Below are positions 40,786-49,017 of a stretch of 64,000 nucleotides of DNA, piece after piece. A model generated the notes under the pieces. That model had not been told where the DNA came from, made no database searches, and worked only from the letters and a program-made list of their open reading frames with translations. The stretch covers positions 1,696,001 through 1,760,000 of the forward strand of contig OZ242010.1 in assembly GCA_965204745.1 (NCBI GenBank), given 5' to 3'. The number at the start of each line of letters is the position of its first letter. Within the stretch, counting starts at the first letter, position 1. This stretch comes from Candidatus Latescibacterota bacterium (GTDB lineage: Bacteria; Latescibacterota; UBA2968). Position numbers and translations under genes: made by a program.

Positions 40786-42078
40786 GTGGATCTGCTCTAT
40801 TTCATCTTTGTGTTGGGCGTGCTGGTGTTTTTTCACGAACTCGGGCACTTTTTGGTGGCGAAAAAAGCGGGCATCCGCGTAGAGGTATTTTCTTTGGGAT
40901 TCCCGCCCAAAGCCGCGGGCATGAAGCTAGGCGAGACCGAGTACTGCCTTTCGTGGTTGCCCTTGGGGGGATACGTCAAGCTGGCGGGCATGGACGATTT
41001 TGGCCGCGAAGAGAGCAGGGGCAAGCCCTGGGAATTTCAGTCAAAGCCGCGCTGGATTCAAATGGCGGTGCTCGTCGCCGGGCCGGTGATGAACTTTATT
41101 TTGGGCTTTGTGCTCTTGCTCATCATGCGGATGGCCGCGGGTGAAGACGCTTTTATGGACGATACGCGCGTGGGCGAGGTGAAGCAGAACTCGCCGTTTT
41201 ACGAGGCCGGGATCAGGCCGGGCGACCGCATCGTGAGCGTGGGCGATACGCAGGTGAGGGACTGGGAGGAAATGACGGATGCGTTTCTCCAGCACGCCGG
41301 CCATGTCGTGTCTGTCGAGGTCGAGCGCGTCCCCGAACTGTTGTCGCTCGCCATCGATTTGAGTTCGCCGCCGCTCGACGGGCCGGGCCTCGGGCATTAT
41401 ATCACCACAGAGGTCGGCGGGGTGTTGCCCGGTACGCCCGCTGCGGAACTCGGCTTGCAACCGGGGGATGTGATCTCGTCGGTCAATGGGGTGAAGGTGG
41501 CGATGTGGTGGGAGATGAGACGCGAGATTTCTTCGCAACCGGGGGTGAATCTGCCCTTGACATGGCAACGCGATGGCGAGGAAATGACCGCGTGGGTGAC
41601 GCCCGCTACCCACACGGTCAATGGCGAGCCCGTGGGGCGCATCGGCGTTGAGCAGGCGGTCAAGCGCAATCCCATTCCCTTTTTGAAAGCCGTGAGCCGT
41701 AGCGCGACAGAAACCGTCAATTTGTCGATGCTGATCGTCAAATTCGTCAAGGGCTTGGTCGTCGGGGAACAATCCAGCCGGGATTTGGCCGGCCCGGTAG
41801 GGATTTTTCAACTGGTAGGACTCAGCGCAGAGCGCGGGTTTTCCTTTTTCCTGAGGTTTATGGCGATACTGAGTATTAACTTGGGCATCGTCAACCTGTT
41901 GCCCATTCCCGCGCTCGATGGCGGCCATCTCACCCTGCTCTCCATCGAAGGCATTACCCGCCGGGATTTGTCTGCGCGCAACAAAATGCGGTTGCAACAG
42001 GTCGGCGTTGCGTTTGTGCTCTTTCTGCTTATCTACGTGACCTTCAACGACATCGGGCGCATTTCCGGGTGGTACTAA
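40786..42078 (+). CDS. rseP: RIP metalloprotease RseP with two PDZ domains
   Basis: HELGH, PLGGYV, AGP..N, NLLPIPALDGG; GAGG before GTG 40786. Confidence 0.94.
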   Translation: MDLLYFIFVLGVLVFFHELGHFLVAKKAGIRVEVFSLGFPPKAAGMKLGETEYCLSWLPLGGYVKLAGMDDFGREESRGKPWEFQSKPRWIQMAVLVAGPVMNFILGFVLLLIMRMAAGEDAFMDDTRVGEVKQNSPFYEAGIRPGDRIVSVGDTQVRDWEEMTDAFLQHAGHVVSVEVERVPELLSLAIDLSSPPLDGPGLGHYITTEVGGVLPGTPAAELGLQPGDVISSVNGVKVAMWWEMRREISSQPGVNLPLTWQRDGEEMTAWVTPATHTVNGEPVGRIGVEQAVKRNPIPFLKAVSRSATETVNLSMLIVKFVKGLVVGEQSSRDLAGPVGIFQLVGLSAERGFSFFLRFMAILSINLGIVNLLPIPALDGGHLTLLSIEGITRRDLSARNKMRLQQVGVAFVLFLLIYVTFNDIGRISGWY

Positions 42079-42117
42079 ACCCAAAAGAAAGCGGGAAAAT
42101 CATGACGAGGAATACAC

Positions 42118-43551
42118 ATGTTGAGAAGCCATCCCAAGGCCCCGAAAATTCAGTCTAAACTCGTCACGCTGTTCAACAGGGCAACGCTACCTCTGTTCGT
42201 GATTGCACTGATGTTAGCGGCATTCGCAGGTGGCGTATATGTCACGAGAGAAAAGGTATTTCCGTACTACCTTTTAAGATCTGCCTATTATACCAGTAAA
42301 AGTCTGTTTGAAGTGTCTATGGGTGATAGACCCATATTCTGGAAAATGAAGTTCGTGGATATCAGCCCCGACAGTGTGGCAGCGCGTCGCTTTGAGTTCA
42401 TCGGTGCCGATACCCTCGCCGACCCGATCCTCGTTTTGGGAGGTGCGGATCGTTTTATCGAGTATTGTCCCAACGCCAGCGGGTGCCTCGCGGTCGAGTA
42501 CGGCGGCCGAGGGGAAGTGAGGCATGCCTATCCGTACCGTCCCGAGAGTTTCGAGAACGTGCCCATCAGCGTCGACTTTCCCTATGAGCAGGTACCTGGA
42601 TTCCAGTTTCGTTATTTTACTATATTCAGTGGTATATCCCGGTATTCAAACGGCGACCTGTTGGTTGTTTTTCACTTCGGGCATAGTTTTCCATTCACCG
42701 GTGGCGTGGCACGCGTCAACCGCGATGGTCATGTGATCTGGTACCGCCGGGACTATAGCCATCATGTGCCGTATATAACCGATGGCGATACTGCTCTAGT
42801 CCCAAGCCTGAGGATTGGCGAAGGGCCAAGCGAGTTTATCGGGAGTAAAAATCAAAAGTACTATAATGATTTCGTACACATCATTGACGGGAAAGGGCGG
42901 CTTCTCAAAGCTATTTCCGTACTTGACGCGCTCCTCGAATCCCCGTATGCACCGTCTCTGTATTACACGGATCCTTCTGATCCGACTCACCTCAACTTTG
43001 TCCACAAACTGCGGGAAGATGCCGGTGGTGCGAAGGGCATCGCGCCGGGCGATCTCGTGGTTTCTCTGCGAAACCTAAGCGCGTTCGGCATTCTAGATCG
43101 CAAAAGCCATCAACTAAAAAAGTTTGTGCGCGGCGGGTTCTTTCAGCAGCACAGCGTCACGCATCTCGAAGGATCCAAGTTCCTCATGTTCGACAACTTG
43201 GGTAGCGATGGCGTTCACGGTCCGTCTCGATTGCTCATGGTCGATTTAGCGGATGGCGAGGAGACCACCATTTTCCCAAATGATAGGACTCCTGAACATC
43301 TGCGAGTTCTGTTTAGTCATCGGGGAGGGGATATCTCCATTTCTCCAGACCGCCGGCGGTGCATCGTTATATACCACTACAAAAGGTCCGCGGTTGAAGT
43401 TCGGCTTGCCGACGGTGCGGTGCTCGCCGTGTTCACCAATTTACACGACATGTCGCATGTGAATACGTTGCCCGATGAGAGAAAGACCAAGGCAGTATGG
43501 TACAACTTACACAGCACAAAATATATCGACAGCAATGGAGTGAGCAGATGA
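42118..43551 (+). CDS. Arylsulfotransferase (ASST)-family beta-propeller protein
   Basis: N-terminal membrane anchor; HH, DPTHLN, VSLRN.S, QQH and MFDN motifs; lower GC. Confidence 0.7.
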   Translation: MLRSHPKAPKIQSKLVTLFNRATLPLFVIALMLAAFAGGVYVTREKVFPYYLLRSAYYTSKSLFEVSMGDRPIFWKMKFVDISPDSVAARRFEFIGADTLADPILVLGGADRFIEYCPNASGCLAVEYGGRGEVRHAYPYRPESFENVPISVDFPYEQVPGFQFRYFTIFSGISRYSNGDLLVVFHFGHSFPFTGGVARVNRDGHVIWYRRDYSHHVPYITDGDTALVPSLRIGEGPSEFIGSKNQKYYNDFVHIIDGKGRLLKAISVLDALLESPYAPSLYYTDPSDPTHLNFVHKLREDAGGAKGIAPGDLVVSLRNLSAFGILDRKSHQLKKFVRGGFFQQHSVTHLEGSKFLMFDNLGSDGVHGPSRLLMVDLADGEETTIFPNDRTPEHLRVLFSHRGGDISISPDRRRCIVIYHYKRSAVEVRLADGAVLAVFTNLHDMSHVNTLPDERKTKAVWYNLHSTKYIDSNGVSR

Positions 43552-43772
43552 TCGTTGAAACGACCGCAAAACTCGCCAGCGGCGACCTGCTTTTGGGCAT
43601 TGCATATATCGGCCTCGGTCCAGGGCTGGCATCTATCGGTGCCTTGCTGGTCGTTGGCGGGGCCGTCATTACCATGCTCGTCGGCCTCGTCTGGTATCCC
43701 GTCAAGCAGGTGCTCCGCAAGTGGCGCGCGCGACGAGCAGACGAGACGCCAGACGACGAGGCGTCTAACTAG
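43548..43772 (+). CDS. Small membrane protein
   Basis: ATGA overlap with ASST; AYIG.GPG, hydrophobic helix, WYPVK; its TAG stop overlaps the MITE target TA. Confidence 0.6.
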   Translation: MIVETTAKLASGDLLLGIAYIGLGPGLASIGALLVVGGAVITMLVGLVWYPVKQVLRKWRARRADETPDDEASN

Positions 43773-44048
43773 GTTCTGTTGACATTTACGAGCAAAGCAA
43801 CTGGCTTGAGCGGTTTTGCGAGGGGGACCTACCCCCTAACCCCCTTCCTAAGAGGAAGGGGGAACGGTGATGGGTCTTCCGAGGGATTGCTCGAGAGGTT
43901 TTTTGGGTTCTATGGCGTGATCCATTCGCCCAAAGCCATCAAAGGAGCTTTACTCCCCTTTCCTCGTAGGAAAGGGGCCGGGGGATAGGTCCCCTCGCGC
44001 TTTGCTAATCTGTGCGTAACGTGAAAAAAATGAAATGTCAACACAACC
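43772..44048. mobile_element. MITE with IS5-like ends, containing a nested palindromic repeat
   Basis: TA|GGTTCTGTTGACATT ... AATGTCAACACAACC|TA; nested repeat at 43826-43991. Confidence 0.8.
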
Positions 44049-44053
44049 TAATC

Positions 44054-45148
44054 ATGCAATTCCAAGATCGGTATTCCAAACTGGACCGGTTCCTGCACCA
44101 CTTGGCCTTTTCCGGCATTGAGGTGCAAAAGGCCCTGGCCGATATTGAGGCCCGCCTCTACGCCCGGCGCTTGGGCGGCATCGGGATTGACCGCCCGGTA
44201 TTTATCACCGCGCTTCCGCGGGCGGGCACCACGCTCTTGCTGGAAACGCTTGGTTCGTTGGATATATTCGCCACACATACGTACCGGAACATGCCGTTTT
44301 TGCTCATTCCGCTCCTGTGGGCCGCCCTTTCGCGTCGCTTTCGCGTGTCCGATACGGTTGTCGAGCGCGCTCATGGCGATGGCATGACTATCGGCGCCGA
44401 CAGCGCCGAGGCGTTCGAAGAAGTCGTGTGGCGTGCGTTTTGGCCCGAGAAATACCTCGAGGATCGCATCGCCACATGGACGGCGACCGACGAGAACGTT
44501 CATCGGGAGTTCGAGCCGTTCATCAAAACCCACATGGCGAAGATGATCGCCCTGCGGGCTGTGCAAAAACCGGATGCGGTTCGCTATCTCTCAAAAAACA
44601 ATGCCAATATCGCCCGCCTTCCCAAAATCGCTCGGTTGTTTCCCGATGCGGTCATCCTCGTCCCCTTTCGCAATCCCCTCGACCACGCCGCCTCTCTGTT
44701 GCGGCAACATCTCAACTTCCTGAACATCCACGCCGCCGAGCCTTTTACCCGGCGGTATATGGCGGACATCGGTCATTTCGACTTCGGCGCGAATCTCCGG
44801 CCGATTGATTTTGGTCACTGGTTGAGCCGAGCGTTAAATCCCACACATACCGCGGACTTTTGGCTCGCGTATTGGTGCGCGGCCTACGCGCATATCCTCG
44901 CCAATTCCCATCATAACCTCCTGCTCATCAGCTATGATTCGCTTTGCGCCAATCCCGGCCCTATCCTGCGGCGCATCGGCAACGCGATAGGCATCGATGA
45001 ATCGCCGGAACTGATCGCCCTCGCCGACCGATTCCGCACGCCGACCCGCTACGATGCCGGCGCCCTGAACACCGATCAAAGCCTGCTCGAGATGGCCTCC
45101 GAACTTCACCGTGAATTGCAAACCCGTTCCATTGGGCAGATTGCCTGA
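44054..45148 (+). CDS. PAPS-dependent sulfotransferase
   Basis: 5'-PSB motif PRAGTT; 3'-PB motif RNPLDHAAS; LISYD. Confidence 0.85.
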   Translation: MQFQDRYSKLDRFLHHLAFSGIEVQKALADIEARLYARRLGGIGIDRPVFITALPRAGTTLLLETLGSLDIFATHTYRNMPFLLIPLLWAALSRRFRVSDTVVERAHGDGMTIGADSAEAFEEVVWRAFWPEKYLEDRIATWTATDENVHREFEPFIKTHMAKMIALRAVQKPDAVRYLSKNNANIARLPKIARLFPDAVILVPFRNPLDHAASLLRQHLNFLNIHAAEPFTRRYMADIGHFDFGANLRPIDFGHWLSRALNPTHTADFWLAYWCAAYAHILANSHHNLLLISYDSLCANPGPILRRIGNAIGIDESPELIALADRFRTPTRYDAGALNTDQSLLEMASELHRELQTRSIGQIA

Positions 45149-45181
45149 CAGATACTGATTTGGGGATTATCGTAAAGCCCG

Positions 45182-45217
45182 CAAGCCCCGCTGGCTTCAG
45201 CGCGGGGATTACGTCAC
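45182..45217 (+). mobile_element. Possible isolated IS200/IS605-type right-end hairpin
   Basis: AAGCCCCGC-tggcttca-GCGCGGGG followed by ...GTCAC; no tnpA/tnpB nearby. Confidence 0.4.
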
Positions 45218-45223
45218 TACAAG

Positions 45224-45256
45224 AAAAAAGCCCTCGCGAGATGTGGGGCTTTTTTG
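45224..45256. terminator. Intrinsic terminator
   Basis: AAAAAAGCCCTC...GGGGCTTTTTT. Confidence 0.6.
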
Positions 45257-45274
45257 TGTACTCCTTTAATACAA

Positions 45275-45620
45275 ATGCGAATTAAGCGTTGAATCTATCG
45301 CGTACTTGTCCTTTCTTGAGGGCGCAACCAATTTCACCCTCAAAGGAAGGAGCACGCGATGGATTGGCAAGATAAACGCATTCACTTGTATGTCTCTATT
45401 TGTCAGCAGTATGACCAAAGCATCTGTGGTTTTATACACAACGCATGAGCAAGAACGACACGCCGGCCTTCACAGATGAAGAAGTGCTGACGATCTCTTT
45501 GTTTGGGATCATGCAACAGCACACGCAGATCATGGCGATTGATACCTATACCAAGGATCATCTTTCCGACTGGTTTCCCAATCTGCCCACTTATGTAGGC
45601 TATCTACGCCATCGGCTTGC
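45275..45620 (+). mobile_element. Truncated, frameshifted IS982-family element (left end plus transposase N-terminus)
   Basis: End ATGCGAATTAAG; ATG 45359 MDWQDKRIHLY..., frameshift near 45420, then QRMSKN...FTDEEVLTI.LFG...WFP.LP.Y; DDE core absent. Confidence 0.75.
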
Positions 45621-45663
45621 ACAAAGTCATCTGTTTTTGTATTCTCTATTGATCCTCGTTGAT

Positions 45664-45771
45664 CGGAAGCCGTTAGAGGCAACCGCTCGCGCATTCGCCT
45701 CTCCGGCGATGAGGTCGTTTATACGAACCGCGGCACCTTTGCTTTGGATCACGTACCCGTGTGGACGATTT
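45664..45771 (+). repeat. 108-bp direct copy of the 3' part of the EEP gene (5123-5230)
   Basis: 105/108 identical by manual alignment. Confidence 0.92.
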
Positions 45772-45802
45772 CTAATTACGGGCAAGGGCGCAGAGGGAAC
45801 AA

Positions 45803-46678
45803 ATGCAAAAAGAAAATCAGCCACTCGCAGAGGTGTTCGGCCATTTGCCGACAGATTTTAGCGCGAAAGCAACGCGCTACCGGAAGAATAAACTCTGTCC
45901 ATTTCCTAATAAAGTGCCCAATTGCACAAAGGATAAGGCAAAAGACCCCCTAGGGATATGTAGCATTTACACCAAAGAAAGCGCAGTCATTACATGCCCC
46001 ATCCGATTTCGAGAAGATTGGCTCGTCGCTGACGATGCAGCGGATTTCTTCTTTCCAGAGGGAACGACTTGGACTTCATTGACCGAAGTCAGATTGACCG
46101 ATTTTGATGGTAAGTCTGCCGGGAATATCGACATGGTATTGGTTGCTTACGACCACGCGGGAAGAGTATATGACTTTGGCTCGTTAGAGATTCAAGCCGT
46201 TTATATTTCTGGAAACGTAAGAAATCCATTTATGCATTACATGGCGGATTGCAAAGCGAATGCCTCAATGGACTGGACAGATCAACCGAACTATCCTCGT
46301 CCCGATTTTCTATCATCATCTCGAAAACGTTTAGCTCCTCAACTGATGTTTAAGGGGGGTATTTTTCATGCGTGGAACAAGAAAATGGCAGTCGCTTTAG
46401 ACAGTTCCTTTTACGATACCCTCCCCGACCTCAGAGAGACGTCAAAATCTGAGGCTGAAGTCGCGTGGCTTGTATATGACCTCGTTCTCGACGCTACAGC
46501 CACAAGATACAACCTAAAAAGAACCAAAGTCGTTTACACAAAATTCTCAGACGCTTTGAATGCGATAACGCGCCCAAAAGTTGGAAGGATCGCAGATTTC
46601 ATGAAATTACTTCAGTCAAAGGTAGATGAGAAACAGGAATTGCCACCGACAAATAGAACGATTGAAAACCCATTTTGA
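45803..46678 (+). CDS. Type II restriction endonuclease, NotI-like family
   Basis: Four-Cys metal site (CPF..CTK...GICS...TCP.RF), ID.VL...LEIQAVYISG; paired with a methyltransferase; low GC. Confidence 0.75.
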   Translation: MQKENQPLAEVFGHLPTDFSAKATRYRKNKLCPFPNKVPNCTKDKAKDPLGICSIYTKESAVITCPIRFREDWLVADDAADFFFPEGTTWTSLTEVRLTDFDGKSAGNIDMVLVAYDHAGRVYDFGSLEIQAVYISGNVRNPFMHYMADCKANASMDWTDQPNYPRPDFLSSSRKRLAPQLMFKGGIFHAWNKKMAVALDSSFYDTLPDLRETSKSEAEVAWLVYDLVLDATATRYNLKRTKVVYTKFSDALNAITRPKVGRIADFMKLLQSKVDEKQELPPTNRTIENPF

Positions 46679-47664
46679 AAGGTAGTCACATGCAAAAATT
46701 GCTGTTTGGTGACGCTGAATTTAAGTCTTCCAGTGTAGGTAAAAAAGACTCCTTAAAGGCGGTCAATGTCGCATCTGTTCCCCAGCGCAGTCCATTTCGA
46801 TATCCCGGTGGTAAGACATGGTTTGTTCCCCGTCTGCGAGAGTGGCTTTACGGGTACGCAAAGCACAACGCCGGTAAACGTCCTCGGCTGATGGTAGAGC
46901 CTTTTGCCGGAGGCGGTATCAGTTCTTTAACAGCGATTTTTGAGAATTTAGTTGAAGCATCGTTGCTGGTTGAGCTCGATTCGGAGGTCGCGGCTGTATG
47001 GCAAACAATTATTGACGGTGAAGCAGAGTGGCTTGCTGAGAGAATACTAAACTTTGAAATGTCGAAGGACAACGCCATTGCGGAGATCGATACAAAGAGG
47101 AGATTAACCAAAGAAAAAGCGTTTCAAACCATCGTAAAAAACAGGATGTCTCACGGTGGCATTTTGGCGGCGGGCGCCGGCTTTCTGAAGCATGGGGAAT
47201 CGGGCAAAGGCGTGCTTTCTCGCTGGTATCCCACAACGCTTGCCAAGCGTCTGCGAGCCATTCATCTGGTGCGAGACAAATTGCGTTTTGAGCACGGAGA
47301 CGCATTTCGCGTATTGGAACGATATCGGGATGATGGGGATATCGTATTTTTTCTCGATCCCCCCTATACCGCTGGTGGCAAGAAAGCGGGAAATCGGCTT
47401 TATACCCACTTTGAATTAGACCACAAAGCTCTTTTTTTGGCGTGTCAAAAGATAAAAGGCGATTTTATCATGACTTATGACAATGCAGACGAAGTGAGAG
47501 AACTCGCGCGAAAGCACGGGTTTATGGCTAAGCCGATCCCCATGAAAAATACGCACCACGCGGCAATGACGGAACTCGTCATTGGAAGAGACTTGGCGTG
47601 GATGAATGGCATTGACCGCGTGTTGGAGGCGCAGGCGGAAGACAAAAGCCGAAACGAGAAATGA
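46675..47664 (+). CDS. DNA methyltransferase (D12/Dam-like class), cognate of the upstream endonuclease
   Basis: SPFRYPGGK, EPFAGG and FLDPPY motifs. Confidence 0.88.
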   Translation: MKGSHMQKLLFGDAEFKSSSVGKKDSLKAVNVASVPQRSPFRYPGGKTWFVPRLREWLYGYAKHNAGKRPRLMVEPFAGGGISSLTAIFENLVEASLLVELDSEVAAVWQTIIDGEAEWLAERILNFEMSKDNAIAEIDTKRRLTKEKAFQTIVKNRMSHGGILAAGAGFLKHGESGKGVLSRWYPTTLAKRLRAIHLVRDKLRFEHGDAFRVLERYRDDGDIVFFLDPPYTAGGKKAGNRLYTHFELDHKALFLACQKIKGDFIMTYDNADEVRELARKHGFMAKPIPMKNTHHAAMTELVIGRDLAWMNGIDRVLEAQAEDKSRNEK

Positions 47665-47745
47665 TGATGAGCACCAAAGTGTTGGACACGCCAACCATCT
47701 CGTGTGCGTTGCGCTTCGCAAAAACAATAAAACCAGGATCCATCG

Positions 47746-48756
47746 ATGTCCACGCTCCTCGACACCTTGCAACGCCCCATCCGCGACCTTCGCATTTCCG
47801 TCACGGACAGGTGCAATTTTCGTTGCCCGTATTGCATGCCCGCCGAGATTTTTGGGGAAAAGTACGAATTTCTGCCCAAAGCCGATATTCTCACCTTTGA
47901 AGAAATCGTCCGGCTCGCCAAAATTTTTATCGCGCTCGGCGTGACCAAAATCCGCATCACCGGCGGCGAACCCCTGCTGCGTCGGGATCTCGAGACCCTC
48001 ATCGCGGACCTGTCGCGCCTCGATGGGGTTGGCGACCTCACTTTGACGACCAATGGATATCTCCTCGCCGACAAAGCGCGGGCACTCAAGGACGCGGGGT
48101 TGCACAGGCTCACCGTGAGTTTGGATGCGATTGACGAGCAGACCTTTGATCGCATGAGCGGGCGCACGCATGGCACAGAGCGCGTGCTCAACGGCATTCG
48201 CGTTGCTGAACGACTGGGCTTTTACCCCCTCAAAATTAACGCGGTCGTTCAAAAGGGGATCAACGACCATCTCGTCGTCGATCTCGCGCAACACTTCCAC
48301 GGCACCGGGCATATCCTGCGGTTTATCGAATTTATGGACGTGGGCAATCGCAACAAGTGGAACATGGCGCAGGTCGTCCCGGCCGCCGAGATCATCGACC
48401 GCATTCACGCGGTTTTGCCCCTCGAACCGATAGCGCCCAACTACATGGGCGAAGTGGCAAGACGCTATCGCTATGTCGATGGCGGCGGCGAAATCGGCCT
48501 CATCTCCTCTGTCACGCAGCCCTTTTGCGGCGACTGCACGCGCGCACGCCTATCCACCGATGGCAAGTTGTACACCTGCCTGTTCGCCTCAAAGGGAACG
48601 GATTTGCGCGATGATTTGCGCTACGGCGCATCTGATGCAGCGTTGCGCGACAAGATTATCCACACCTGGACGCACCGCAATGACCGCTATTCGGAAACCC
48701 GCTTTGCCCACACCCCCGAAGCGCGCAAAATTGAAATGTATCAAATTGGGGGCTGA
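47746..48756 (+). CDS. moaA: GTP 3',8-cyclase (molybdenum cofactor biosynthesis)
   Basis: [30 protein letters not shown]...CLF, C-terminal IGG. Confidence 0.96.
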   Translation: MSTLLDTLQRPIRDLRISVTDRCNFRCPYCMPAEIFGEKYEFLPKADILTFEEIVRLAKIFIALGVTKIRITGGEPLLRRDLETLIADLSRLDGVGDLTLTTNGYLLADKARALKDAGLHRLTVSLDAIDEQTFDRMSGRTHGTERVLNGIRVAERLGFYPLKINAVVQKGINDHLVVDLAQHFHGTGHILRFIEFMDVGNRNKWNMAQVVPAAEIIDRIHAVLPLEPIAPNYMGEVARRYRYVDGGGEIGLISSVTQPFCGDCTRARLSTDGKLYTCLFASKGTDLRDDLRYGASDAALRDKIIHTWTHRNDRYSETRFAHTPEARKIEMYQIGG

Positions 48757-48880
48757 GAGCGCGAGACCAAAAAGGCGAAAGTCATGATCCTCGGGCCGAG
48801 CGACACAGAGAACGCAAGGCAATACAGTTGATGGCTGACTTCACTGCACTCACGTCCGTATATTCTCACGCATTACTTCA

Positions 48881-48915
48881 GGCGGGGCGGTGGGGACTGA
48901 CCACTGACCACTGAC
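48881..48915 (+). repeat. G-rich leader plus short (CTGACCA) tract
   Basis: GGCGGGGCGGTGGGGA-CTGACCA-CTGACCA-CTGAC. Confidence 0.7.
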
Positions 48916-49017
48916 TCTCACCGTATTATTTGCCTTGACAAATCCCCGTAATACCCTAAGTTTCACAATCGTTTTTCATCTTCTCACTCCACACCCTCTC
49001 AACACAGGTGGTACATT

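Noticed and set aside
5231-45663. Prophage or excisable genomic island between the 108-bp repeats
   Set aside because: No integrase or phage genes, and the block contains housekeeping genes uppS, cdsA, dxr and rseP.
5123-45771. 108-bp repeat pair as a diversity-generating retroelement TR/VR
   Set aside because: Only 3 mismatches, one at a C; the adenines are in the gene copy rather than the orphan copy; no reverse transcriptase in the window.
45445-45861. 138-aa ORF as an intact gene
   Set aside because: It is a chimera of the IS982 transposase fragment and an out-of-frame copy of the EEP gene end.
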